The notes: generated by a model not told the origin, from the letters alone. A stretch of 64,000 nt of DNA from Octopus vulgaris (GCA_951406725.2 OX597822.1:65534001-65598000); one strand, 5' to 3'. Shown: positions 40,961 through 54,065, counted from the first letter of the stretch. Made by a program: numbers and translations.

Positions 40961-43900
40961 ATATTTTTATATGAGTATAAATATGCAAATATATGTATGT
41001 ATTTTGTGTCTGTATATGTATCTGCATACTTCTTATTGAAAAATGATTATATCTAAAAGCATCACATCGTTTCTGAATATAGTTTAGCGTTGTCTACATC
41101 AGTCAAATTATTTTACACTTAATATGGCAGTAGCTAGTTTTATAAATATAATTAGCCTCTTATTTCTATCAATCATTAGAGTGAACGGATATTTTCTTAT
41201 ATCTAGTTGCTTTTTAAATTGCGGTTGCTGCCTTAACTGTTCCGTTAAGCATATTTTTAATAAAATATATGGTTCAGAGTTTGCCTTTATGTGTTTATAG
41301 TTAATCGTGTCGTATGCTCTTGTATAAATTTCAATTGTATGATATGAGGACTGTTTGGCTGTTAATTATACTTCTCGAAGAACCTTGGTTATTTATAATA
41401 ACAGAATTTTCTTCGAAATATGCATTAGCTTTAACGGAGATATTATGGATGCTGTTTCAGCTCTACAAATACCTACATTAGTGTCAGACTGCTCTCTATG
41501 GGTCCATTAAATGCACCCTCTGTTTCAGGTTTTAATATTTTGAATATTTGAACATTTGTCCTCTACTTTATGCTTACGTATATACACACAGATTAATATT
41601 TACAGGTATAATACATATATAGGGAGAATTCACAAAAGCACAAGAGACGAAGACAGATGGTGTAGAAAACAAATAGATGTATTAGTATAACGCTCGAGAA
41701 TTGAAAAAAAGTCTTTAATGTTTCGATCATACGCTCTTCCACAAAAGGAACACAGGAAGAAACAAGGAGAGAAAAAATGTGTATAGTGGCTAGCAATCTA
41801 TCATGGCGAATAGTACATATAAACGTACATGCGCGATATACATACATGAATGGCTATATGCAAAGATCCATACGTACATACATGCATGCAAACGCACAGC
41901 AGCGAGAGAATTTTACAATGCAGAATGAATATATCTGCTTCCGGAACCATATATGCGATATTTTGAGAATTCAACAATCATAACAATTCTTTTATTTTCC
42001 TTGTTACAGTAAACACACCACAGATACTTAAGGGCTATTCCTTAGTCCCTTCGGATTTTTCCTTATAAGCATGGGTAGTCCATATACTTATACACTTCAC
42101 CTCTCACTCACTCCCTCATACAAACACTTATATTTGGAGACGTGTATTCGGAGATATCTGTGTCTTAGTAAATTTGTAATTTTTCTCGGAGTACATGTAG
42201 GTATGTAATTGAGGATTGTAACTGTCTGTATAAATGCAGATATATTTATTTCTTTATATTTTACATTTATTTCTTTATAAAATCGACCACAACGGAATTT
42301 GAACGCAGGAGATAAAGACGGACGAAACGCTTAGTAGCATTTCGTCCGGCGTGCTAAAGATTCTGCCAACTCACCGCCTTACAAATGCAGATATATTTGC
42401 CATTAGAATGTTTTAGTTAGCCACAATAAGAACGAGGTATATTCGATCACTTAATACGCCAATAAGATGCAGATATATAACAATGCAATTCAACTGAGAA
42501 AACTTCCTGAGACTGATTTCACGAAGAAACTTAAAGTTAAAGGAAACCTTCACTGTAATATAATATAAATATATACACAAGTTTAATGACATTAACGGAC
42601 AGAGCTGTACATTTTGTAATAAATGTGCAAATTGTACATTTCGCAATAAATCAGGATTTGTAAACACTTCATTTAATTTATCATGTTGCGGAGTGATTTT
42701 TACTGTCGCCAAACGTCTACTCACTTTTAATCTTCGTGGTTAATTTCAGCGTTAAGAATGTCAAGTCAGACAGATTCTTGAAGTTCAAATATAGCTACAG
42801 GAGACACAAAACTATTTGTGATGAGCAATCAGTTTGAACATATTGTTGATGTAAATAATAAAATATCGAAAGAAAAGGTGAAAAGATAAATGCTATTGAT
42901 TGCCATTTCCTTCTTTTTGTTTTGCCTTTTTTTTTTCTAAGCTTCTATCGTTATTATCAAGGATGGTGATAGCTTTAAGAAGAAAGAACTTTAATTGGCT
43001 TCTTGACAATGTCTTCCCTGCTATTGAAAGAGGAAGTACGTGGAGAGATTACACACAGTTATACTAAAGACATTAAATGTAAACCTAGAATCAAAGTCAT
43101 TCGCTTATACGTTTATATCGATCGCATCGAAAATTGTATCTTAAGTAGGTTAATGTATTCAATGCTACATTATACAAAGCAATGTCTGTTTAACTGAATT
43201 AGAAAAGCTTGAGTTTTAGGTTCTGAGTTCAAAGCATTTTGAGAAACTTTCGAAAGAGGAACAATAAATATCTATGGTAAAGAATTAAGTAATCGACATA
43301 GAAACATCTGTGCTATGGAAAAATATAAGTTTAATGTTTCTATATAGTACTGACTTACATAGTTGAAAACAAAAACAAAAAGAAAACAACGGGAAAAAAA
43401 ACAATACAAAAGTACCATAGGACAAGATTCTCTTCAAAAATGAATAGTGTTATTTTTTTTAACATTGGCACAAGTCTATAAATCTAGATGAAAGAGTAGT
43501 AATCGATCAATTCACCCACAACTAATTAAGCGTTGTATATTTTGCCGAATTTCAGAAAAATGAAAGTAAAAGACGTCCATCCGAGATAATGTGAACCCAT
43601 AACAATTTACTGCAATTTATCCATTTCCCTTTGAACAATAAATATTACAACCAGACAACATAAAAATAACATTCTTATGATAAATTACAATAGATTTTTA
43701 ATAAGTATGTTATATTTACTACAAGGTGGAACAACTCCGACGTGGTAGACTATTTTAGTCGCATGACTAGACATAATGTCAAAGAATTTTATAAATTACT
43801 CGGAATATTGGTTTCAATTGTTGGTACAAGGCCAGCAATTTCGGTGCAGGGCGTAAATCGATTACAGCGACACCAGTGATCAACTGGTACTTATTTCTTC

Positions 43901-44146
43901 GACGCTGAAAGAATGACACGCAAAGTACACTTTGGTGGAATATGGAAACAGAACGTAAAGACGGACGAAATGCCCCTAATCATTTTGTCTGATGTGCTAA
44001 TGAGTCCTCCAACTCACTGAATATTGAAGAATCAAGTTGTAGTTAATTTTGTGGGAATAGTGAAAATGAATGTAGGATTCTCCTTATGTTCCAGTTGTTT
44101 GCCTGATTATTGTGAGTTTTATGAGATTCCACGGTAGCAGTATATT

Positions 44147-44563
44147 TATTTCTTTATTACCCACTGGGAGCTAAACGCAGATGGGGCAAAGAAGGACAGA
44201 CAAAGAGATTAAGTCAATTACATCGACCCCAGTGCGTAACTGGGACTTATTTAACCGACTCCTAAAGGATGAAAGGCAAAGTCGACCTCAGCGGAATTTG
44301 AACTCAGAACATAGGGGCAGACGAAATACCTATTTCTTTACTACCCACAAGAGGCTAAACACAGAGAGGACAAACAAGGACAGACAAAGGGATTCAGCCG
44401 ATTACATCGACCCCAGTGCGTAACTGGTACTTTATTTATCGACCCCGAAAGGGTGAAAGGCAAAGTCAACCTCAGCGGAATTGGAACTCAGAACGTAACG
44501 TCAGACGAAATACTGCTAAGCATTTCGCCCGGCGTGCTAACATTTCTACCAACTCGCCGCCTT
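44147..44563 (-). mobile_element. SINE family B, dimeric
   Basis: Reverse copy; AGCAGTATATT occurs on both sides (probable TSD). Confidence 0.85.
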
Positions 44564-44714
44564 ACAACAGCAGTATATTGACATATAAATGGAGGCAAAA
44601 ATAGGTTGGAAAAACAGTTATTCGAGAGATAGAGAAGACATATTTAAACTAATGAATAAAATAATCCCTCAATGTTTTGTATATCCTGTACCATGTTCAA
44701 TATTAGGTACTGTT

Positions 44715-45114
44715 GAGGCACGAAGCTGGCAGAAACGTTAACACACCGGGCGAAATGCTTAGCGGAATTTCGTCTGCCGTTACGTTCTGAGTTCAAATTC
44801 CGCCGAGGTCGACTTTGCCTTTCATCCTTTCAGGGTTGATTAATTAAGTACCAGTTACGCACTGGGGTCGATGTAATCGACTTAATCCGTTTGTCTGCCT
44901 TTGTTTGTCCCCTCTGCGTGTAGCCCCTTGTGGGTAGTAAAAAAAATAGGTATTTCGTCTATCTTTACGTCCGCAGTTCAAATTCCACCGAGGTCGGCTT
45001 TGCCTTTCAACTTTTCGAGGTCGATAAACAAAGTACTAGTTGCATACTTGGGTCGATCTAATCGATTGACCCCCCTCCCCCAAAATTTCGGGCCTTGTGC
45101 CTAGAGTAGAAAAG
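44715..45114 (+). mobile_element. SINE family B, dimeric, with TSD
   Basis: Flanked by AATATTAGGTACTGTT (44699-44714) and AATATTAGGTATTGTT (45115-45130). Confidence 0.88.
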
Positions 45115-45984
45115 AATATTAGGTATTGTTATATAATTTCCGATGTACCATCGCATTGTATACAAGCAGCTTTGCATTCGATATGGTGACATCATATTAT
45201 CACTGGAAACAGGGAACTAGCTAAAGACAAAATTAGATATATTTACATATCAATGACTAGAGTGTAGAAATAGCCGCACAAAACAATAGATCGTAGAATA
45301 AGACATGGAGTATTCAATATAACAAAACACACACGTCAATGAAAGAATCAAAGCTTTTCCCAAATTGAACATTGACTTTTGATGATAGCGGAAATTGCTA
45401 AAACATTGTCATTACCAGGACAGCAAATAATCCGGATGTATAGCAGTGCAGTGAGCCAGACCAAGCGATCATAGTGCTACAGCCGTTTCGCAGCATTCAT
45501 GTAGTATTGTTTTCAGTATGGAAGAGATTAGGTTTCATGTGTGCATTGATATATATGCTAAAGCATAAATATTAATGCAAAAATGTACGAATGATTTCTG
45601 TTAAATAATTTACGGATATACAATACAATTTTTATTGACAAATGGATGCAACCATCTCCAGTTATATGCACACTCTATATCACGCTTCTTTGTAATTGAT
45701 TACATTCTGGATTATTTGCCTAGTTCGTTAGAGGATCTTTCTACGATAGCCGCACGATTCTCTGTATTTACACTTTATAATATACCCACAGCATCATGCG
45801 CGCGCACACACACACACATGTTTTTAAGTTATTCAAAGGATTTTATGAATACTAGAAACATTCTTGCTTATAATTATCGCTGCGTAAGTATACACCATGA
45901 CATTCCATGAGAAAGTCGAATTATAGGGAAAGCCGTTGCAACCGTAATCATCGTAATCTGGTATTACATCATTTAGTGTGCGGT

Positions 45985-46380
45985 AAGGCGGTGAGCTGGC
46001 AGAAGCGTTACGGTGTCGAGCGAAATGCTCAGCGGTATTTCGTCTGACGTTACGTTCTGAGTTCCAATTCCACCGAGGTCGACTTTGCCTTTCAACATTT
46101 CGGAGTCGATTAAATAATTACTAGTTACGCACTGGGGTCGACATAATCAACTTAATCCATTTGTCTGTCCTTGTTTGTCCTCTCTGTGTTTAGCCCCTTG
46201 TGGGTAGTAAAGAAATAGGTATTTCGCCCCTTTTTACATTCTGATTTCAATTTCCGCCGAAGTAGACTCTGCCTTTCATCCTTTCAATAAATGATGCACC
46301 AGTTGCGTACTGCGGTCGACCTAATCGACTGGACCCCTCCCCCAAAATTCGGGCATTGTGCCTAGAGTAGAAAAAATTAT
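45985..46380 (+). mobile_element. SINE family B, dimeric, with TSD
   Basis: Flanked by AGTGTGCGGT (45975-45984 and 46383-46392). Confidence 0.88.
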
Positions 46381-46579
46381 CCAGTGTGCGGTGAAGGCGC
46401 GCGGCAAGATGGTTAGGAATTTCGAATCATGGTTGTAAAGTCGTGACTTCAATATCTGTCGTCGTGTTGAGTCCTGGAACAAGTCCCTTTATACAGTTGT
46501 ATATTTAAGTGATGAGGAATTATGTACATTATTTACATTATTTACATTTGAAGGATATTTGTCCTCATCTTGTTTGTAG

Positions 46580-46627
46580 TTAACACAACTTTTCGGCTGA
46601 TATACCCTCCAAACTTCATCAGGTGCC
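46580..46627 (-). ncRNA. Minimal type I hammerhead motif (degenerate copy; stem II intact in the inverted copy 47183-47220)
   Basis: Combining both copies gives GGCAC CUGAUGA A GGCUG-(10 nt)-CAGCC GAAAC GUU GUGUU. Confidence 0.6.
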
Positions 46628-46674
46628 TTGGGGATATTTCCGGCATGGGTTCTCATCCCTAAGGTATTTTTCGA

Positions 46675-46738
<64 letters not shown>

Positions 46739-46744
<6 letters not shown>

Positions 46745-46995
46745 TAGTTTTATTTTTATAGCGTGCTTTCACTTCACTACCGAGCGCAGCTCTGTGTGCC
46801 TTGGGTATGTGCTGTGATTTGTTGTGATGCTCTGATGGTTATTGTATGGAAAGTGTTCTGCGTAGGATGTGTGCAGTGCCTAGTAGTGCAATTTTCTGTA
46901 TGTTATATGTGTTTGTAAGTCCTGGTGTTTTTGTTATGTATTTGTCTGAATATTTTTTTATCATGCCTAATGCACCTACTATGATAGGAATTGTT
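46739..46995 (-). mobile_element. Short 3' fragment of the same R4/Dong element inserted in (TTA)n
   Basis: Near-identical reverse complement of about 27698-27960; flanked by (TTA)n. Confidence 0.92.
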
Positions 46996-47000
46996 AGGAA

Positions 47001-47073
<73 letters not shown>

Positions 47074-47559
47074 CATTATTATTATTATTACTATCATTAT
47101 TAATGTTGTTGTTGTTGTCAATGCTTGGAATCCAACTCGGAATCTTGGGGTTAGTAGCCCGCGCTTTTAACCTCTACGCCATATGAAGGCTGGCGAGTAT
47201 ATCAGCCGAAACGTTGTGTTAACAACAAACAAGATGAGGACAAATATCCGTCAAATGTAAATAATGTAAATAATGTAAATAAAGTTACTATATCTTACGT
47301 TGCTCCAGTCTACTAAGCTGCCAAATATGAGTAGTACCCGTATTTCAAAAGGCCTGCCTTGACACACCCTGCGCCATGCTGAATATTGTTGAGAATTACG
47401 TTAAGGGTACGTTAAATCTCTGGAGTGCTTATCCACGGGCACACTAAATCTACGAGCATGCTGTTTTCTTGACCGGATCAACTAGGTCACTCGTCGTCGT
47501 AACCGACGGAATGCCAATTGTCTAATGTGCATTTCCATTTAGCAGAGAGTCGGATATTA

Positions 47560-48124
47560 TTGGGTTATCCGGAAAGTTCATGCCGATTTTTAAAGGAAAG
47601 AAAAAGGTCAATAAATACTTGCCATTACATTTTTAATCAACGAAATATGAACCATTTTGTTGCACAATGCGTCTCCATCTTTCCTTTAACTTGAGAATGC
47701 TCTCTTCCCAGAATTGATGTGGTTTCATGACAAAGAATTCATCAAGGTATCTATTTACGTCATCCAAGGAATTGAAATTTTTACCATTAAGACTATTCTG
47801 CAGAGACCTGAATAAGGGGAAATCCGAAGGAACAATATCTGGTGAATATGGAGGGTGGGGTAACACATCCCAGCCGAGCTGCAGCAATTTTCGTCTGGCT
47901 CCCAAAGCATCAAGTGCCGAAAAGGAACTTTCTTATCTTCCAATTTAAAGGGTTGCAGGATTAACACAGGTTATAGGAACAAAAATATTCTTTCACGAAA
48001 GATAGCTTAAACTGTGCTCTAAATGGAGGTGTAGTCAAATTCTATTTTATGGACTCAACCATGTTCTAAAATAAGTCGTAATTTAAGCTACTACGAATCG
48101 GCACGAACTTTCCGGACAACCCAA
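47560..48124 (-). mobile_element. Internally deleted mariner transposon (565 bp) with TIRs and TA TSD
   Basis: TA|TTGGGTTATCCGGAAAGTTCATGCCGAT ... ATCGGCACGAACTTTCCGGACAACCCAA|TA. Confidence 0.92.
47633..47897 (-). pseudogene. Mariner transposase C-terminal fragment
   Basis: LGWDVLPHPPYSPDIVPSDFPLFRSLQNSL...LKERWRRIVQQNGSYF contains the mariner YSPD motif. Confidence 0.9.
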
Positions 48125-48467
48125 TATATTTGACTTCTGTGTCTGCAGATATTTAAGCAGTCTGCAAATACCACAGTTTCTCGTTGATGTCTTTAATGCA
48201 TTATGTGATAAGAAAATAAAATTATGCGATTTGACGGATTTCTATGATAATGGCGCGGATTTTATTTTAATCGGAATAGAAAACACGTCAAGTTGCGAAG
48301 CAAATATCGGATGGTTGCCATATGGAAATTTCATTTATATAAATTTCCAAATGACATAAGAGGAAATGACAAAGGTAGGTGGAAAACTATTCAATGTTCA
48401 AACAGTTCTATATTTAAGAGATGAGGAATTATGTACATTATTTACATTATTTACATTATTTACATTT

Positions 48468-48575
48468 AACCACCTTCCCCTGTGGGATGAAGTTAAAATA
48501 GTAGACAGAGAACATCACTGGAAAATACGAAAACGAAAAGAAGCAGAACATATACTAGGACACAACAACCTCCTT
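48468..48575 (+). pseudogene. Penelope-like element GIY-YIG endonuclease C-terminal fragment
   Basis: NHLPLWDEVKIVDREHHWKIRKRKEAEHILGHNNLL resembles the Penelope-type H..W..vkI.d.E..w..Rk.kEa..I...n motif; preceded by an inverted terminal tail (48401-48467). Confidence 0.7.
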
Positions 48576-48693
48576 GTTCTTTTCTGTGTATCTTTCTGTC
48601 GAAGAGCGTAGGCTCGAAACGTAAAAGACTTTTTCTATTTCTATTCCTGAGCGCTATACTAATACATTTGTATGTTTGTGTGCAGGAGAATAC

Positions 48694-48797
<104 letters not shown>

Positions 48798-48878
48798 GCA
48801 TATAGGATTTAGTCATGGTGTCTCAGTGTGTATCTATATATCTGTTAGTACGTGCAACACACACATATTTACATACAT

Positions 48879-48955
<77 letters not shown>

Positions 48956-49473
48956 AGGAGCGATTAAAAAAGAGTATGCTAGTTGAAAATTTATGTAATT
49001 ATTATAACAAAAAATGTCCATTCCAAAAAGATCAAACGGAAAGAAAAAAAGTAAAACTACTATATAAGTAATATTTGGAATAGGTAATAATGACTAATGG
49101 TGACACTAATCTATATATACATACATACATACATACATACATACATACATTTATACACAAAAAGACATACACAGACACACATACGCACGCATGCTCGTAT
49201 ATGTGTGTGTGGGAGGGGTTGAATAACTTCGTTGCTGTCTTTAGATAATGTATATATCATATAAACGAATATGAAATAGTATACACGCACACACATTTAC
49301 GCATACATACGTCTCTATGTGTATATATATTTGTATGTGTGTGTGTGCCTTCGTGTGCATGAGCGTATATATGCGTTGATGTCGCATATATATGGCTGAA
49401 TATATATATATATATGTGTGTGTGTGTGTATGTATGTATATATGTATATACACAGACACATACACAAATATGT

Positions 49474-49546
<73 letters not shown>

Positions 49547-50096
49547 GTATGTATCTATAAGCCTGTGTGACGAAGAGATAAAACAGAGATTAACTGGGAA
49601 AAAATATGTTTAGAGTCAAAATATGCGTTAATATTAATATAGAGTCTGTGGTAAATCATTCGAAAAATGTATCGGAGTTCTTAGACTTTGATGTGTCTCG
49701 TATCTTACATTCACTCAAAGACCGTCTCCCTCAATCACTCACGCAACACGCGCACAGCATAATCATGCACAAACGATCGCGCGCGCGCACACACACATAC
49801 ACTCACACACACACAAACACACACACGCATACACTTTAATACGTAATCACATATATTAATTTGATTCGGTTGCGTGGAATATTAAGAAACACACTGATAT
49901 CTCATCACAAGTTAAATTACAGAAATAATTTCATTCATACGTTAGATAAACAAGCTATAAGCATTCGTACATAAACGCGTAACTCTATTCGTACGTTTGT
50001 ACCTACCCAAACATTCGCATGCGCACAAAGCATTGGGCACCTAAAATAGATTGGTAGGTATCAACAGGCTTATGTGCGTATATACATATATATATA

Positions 50097-50251
50097 GGCG
50101 AAGGAGTGGCTGTGTGGTAAGTATCTTGCTTACCAACCACATGGATCCGGGTTAATTCCCACTGCGTGGCACCTTGGGCAAGTGCCTTCTACTATAGCCT
50201 CGGGCCGACCAAAGCCTTGTACGTGGATTTAGAAGCTGAAAGAAGCCCGTC

Positions 50252-50252
<1 letters not shown>
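50097..50252 (+). mobile_element. SINE family A, 5' half
   Basis: Match to other copies. Confidence 0.85.
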
Positions 50253-50319
<67 letters not shown>

Positions 50320-51310
50320 ATCATCAGTGGATCAATCATCAGTAATGTATTTGCGTGAAGTTAAATGTATATCCGGTTTCGTATCCCTATATATCGATCA
50401 CCAGTGGATCATATATCCGAAAAAGAGTTACACCTAAAACTTATAGCAGTGATGTGTTTACACGAAGTTAAATGTGTATCCGATTTCGCATCTATGAAAC
50501 GCTAAGCCAGAAACAGCAGTATGAATCCAATAATTAATTAATAAATTACCGCAAAATCACCTTACTGTAATTGACTTGAGATACACGTCCTGCCTTGGTT
50601 TTTGTTCTTTTTCCTCTAATATATATAGAAATATATGAGCCTAAAGTTTATAGCGATCACCGTGCAATTACTAAGAAAAATATTCCAATAATGGAACATA
50701 TAAGCCCTCGATAGAAAAAAGTAGGCTTTCCTATCCACACGGAACTAGAACCTACATCCCTTTGTTAACGCGACTATGTGTTTTCCCGTTACACCAGCGA
50801 ATTAGCCTCTCTGTTTCTGTCAAATTTATTCCCTGCACCTTGGCATAACGGACGCAGATCTAACGACGAACGCACAGTATCGCTGATGACGCATGGGAGC
50901 CATAAGTGGTGACGTACTCTGCAGACACACAAGCTGGGACTTACTCTGAAACAAGGTTTGGACACGACGTTTAACGCCTTCATTCTAAATCAGAATACTT
51001 TAATTCTAAATATATTCTTCATCAGTTGTCGGCTGTCTATCTACTCCACATTTCGTGATAGTCAAATCAAACATTAAAAACTGAACAGTAACAATCAAGC
51101 ATTAAAAATAACAAATACAAAAGCAGCAAAATGACATACATATGGAATGTATTAGCTTGATGCTCAATTGAGGCGGGGAAAAAAGGCTTTTTACGTTTCG
51201 AGCATAGTCCTTTATCGAAATGAGGAGAACGGAAAGCTCCGTGCGTGCACATGCATGTATAGATATGCATATATGTGCGCGTTTGTTAAATATGTGTCTA
51301 CGTATATATT

Positions 51311-51341
<31 letters not shown>

Positions 51342-51554
51342 GTTTTTGTGTATAAATGTCACTGATATATATCGCGAAATTATACAGACATTGAGAAAAA
51401 GAAATCAAAGTACTTTACTGATAAAGTACATTGAAAATCGGTACTTCAAAGATAGTACCTAAAGATTTATGTCTAAAAGCAATACTTCGAGGCGTATATG
51501 ATAAAAAGCAAAAACTATGGCGACAAAGAAATCTGTACTAAAAGAGAGTGGAGT

Positions 51555-51712
51555 TGATGACTAGATTGATGACGTGATGTTGATGATGGTTATGATGATG
51601 ATGACGATGATGATGACGACGATGAGGATTACGGTGATGAAGAAGAAAGATGATGAAGAAGAGGTAGTATTAGTAGTAGTAGTAGTAGAAGAAGAAGAAG
51701 AAGAAGAAGAAG

Positions 51713-51744
<32 letters not shown>

Positions 51745-52035
51745 GTAGTAGTAGTAGTAGTAGAAGAAGAAGAAGAAGAAGAAGAAGAAGAAGAAGAAGA
51801 AGAAGAAGAAGAAGACGAAGATGATGATGATAGAAATGATGACGACAACGATTATGATGATGATAATGATGATGATGAGGAGGATTACGACGATAATGAT
51901 GATGTGATGGTAGTGATGATGATGATGATGATGATGATGGTGATGATAATGATGATAACGACGACGATGATGATAATAATGATGATGATGACGACGACGA
52001 TGATGATACAGATGATAGGATTTAAGAAGTGATCC

Positions 52036-52078
<43 letters not shown>

Positions 52079-52170
52079 AATGATGATAATGATGAAAATG
52101 TTGATGATGACGACGACGATGATGATGATATCAGTAATGATGTTCATGGTGTTTGTGGTGATGGTGAAGA
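51555..52170. repeat. Compound trinucleotide microsatellite (GAT/GAA/GTA/GAC)n
   Basis: Seen directly. Confidence 0.95.
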
Positions 52171-53640
52171 TAATAGCTGCACATAAGAAATAGTGGAAAT
52201 TGATAGAATCGATAGGCTTTTCATGTATAAAACGTTTTATATGCAATAGAAGATCGATAGTGTAAGCTGCGGCCAAAGAAACCGGTCACTTAAGGATGCT
52301 GCGACAGAAGAGTGTTTAGAAATTATTTAAGATTTCCTCATTGCACTGCAGGATGTGGCATAGATCAGTGGAGCTTGTAACGATCAATGGCAAACGGTAT
52401 CTTTTGATCTTGAAGGCAGGAACCAAGTAGCAAATATGGCGGTAATAAAATTCGAAAACTTTCTTTCAACTACTTCCAAGAAAGACATCTAATTTTCAGA
52501 GAGAAGAGGAGAAACTGAAAGTAGAAGAATAATAGAGAATTGTAGATAATGGTGTGATTGGAAAGGAGGGATAGATATAAGAAACGGCAGTGGTATAGGA
52601 TATTTTAAATGTCTTGGAGGTGCATTTTATTCAATGAATATTTCTGACTGAAATATATCGGAAATAATATTAACGTTTGTTTTATTTAACAATTCTATGA
52701 AAAAATGTTAATTTCACATGGCAGATAATAACGTTCCTGAAAAAAATCTTGTGACAGATGACTCACTTTGGCATATCTTATGCAACAAATAAATTAATGA
52801 AAATATTATTAAAAATCGTAGTGTCTTGTGATAGATTTCTCAGCAACAGGTCGCATATGAAATGACATTCTCAACGATAGTAGGTGTCAACATTTACAGT
52901 GACATGTTCTTGAATAAACAGTCAATATGAAGTGTGACTCAGAAGCTTGTCCAACAGTAAAAAGCACTTAAATAGGTCTCAAGCGAAGATAGTAAAATCT
53001 ATTATTATAGATGGCAATCAGAAAGGTGATATAATAAAGCCACCAGTTTGCCCTGATGTGCTAGATGACTGAACGTTTCTAGTGACTTGACATTCAATAT
53101 GCAATCTTTTGATGGGTTCCTCAGATGGAGGTCAAATAGCAGAAGTCTCTGTAACAGGTTTCAGGTCAAGAGAAGATGTACTGATAAGGCTGACATGGCC
53201 AGGAGTAGAGTATTGGCCAGGAGTACATCTGTTGAGCCGGATGCTTCAGTAAACCCATGTGTAAAACAACTAATCTACCGTGGAAGAATTTACCTGAGAC
53301 GTGTGAATGGGATGACTGAGAAACCTTGTGCTTATCACATAAGATATGATGCACGTAATCCAGTAAAATATGTTTTCAAAGATCATTTGAAATATTAGTT
53401 AAAACGGGAGGTTCATTTAGTGAATTATGGCATGTATGGTAGTTATGTAAGATTACTGAACGTTCGAACCTCAGAAGCAAATTGCTTAATTTATGCATGC
53501 TTTATATTATGGTTTCAATTTTCACTCGGATCGACGCTATTCGTTAAAAACATTACTAATGTATCCAGATTGAATCCCATGTACACCGACTTGAGTTCAA
53601 ATTCAACTAAGTTAAAAAGATATCAATATTGCACAATGTA

Positions 53641-54065
53641 AAAGCGGCGAGCTGCCAGAATCTTTAACGCGCCGGACGAAATGCTTAGCGGTATTTCGTC
53701 GGCCGTTATGTTCTGAGTTCAAATTCCGCCGAGGTCGACTTTGCCTTTCATCCTTTCGGGTTCGATAAATTAAGTACCATTTACGCACTGAAGTCGATGT
53801 AATCGACTTAGTCCCTTTGTCTGTCCTTGTTTGTCCCTTCTATGATTAGCCCCTTGTGGGCAATAAAGGAATAAGAATCGTTAGTACACCGGGTAGAAAG
53901 CTTAGGGGTATTTCGTCCGTCTTAACGATCTCAGATCAAATTCCTCCGAGGTTGACTTTGCTACTGAGCGTTTTTGAGCCGGTAAAATAAATACAATTTC
54001 AAGACTGGGGTAGATGTAATTGAACTACCCACTTCGTTTGAATGGCAGTCCTTATGCCTCCTTTT
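53641..54065 (+). mobile_element. SINE family B, dimeric (second unit degraded)
   Basis: Match to other copies. Confidence 0.85.

Larger units (their letters stand above)
46494..47281 (-). mobile_element. tRNA-headed element with Penelope-type hammerhead tail and inverted 5' terminal copy
   Basis: Minus strand: tRNA-like head (47185-47119), (AAC/AAT)n, tail containing CTGATGA...CAGCCGAAA. 47183-47281(+) is an inverted copy of about 46522-46619. Confidence 0.65.
46393..47515 (+). mobile_element. Old tRNA-derived SINE split by a nested insertion (46393-46493 and 47287-47515)
   Basis: Degenerate head ...GTGTTGAGTCCTGGAACAAGTCCCTTTAT resumes as ATCTTACGTTGCTCCAGTCTACTAAGCTG, collinear with the 8016-8347 SINE body. 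Confidence 0.6.

Noticed and set aside
47119-47185. Functional tRNA gene (also SINE heads at 8270-8347, 16421 and 40648)
   Set aside because: No complete acceptor stem, altered B box, and continuation into repeat bodies; treated as SINE heads.
51574-52032. 152-aa poly-E/D/M/V ORF
   Set aside because: It is the reading frame of a compound trinucleotide microsatellite.
52600-53400. Possible very old mariner remnant (KPPVCPDVLDD resembling HPPYSPDLAPSD)
   Set aside because: One weak motif and no TIRs found; not supportable by eye.
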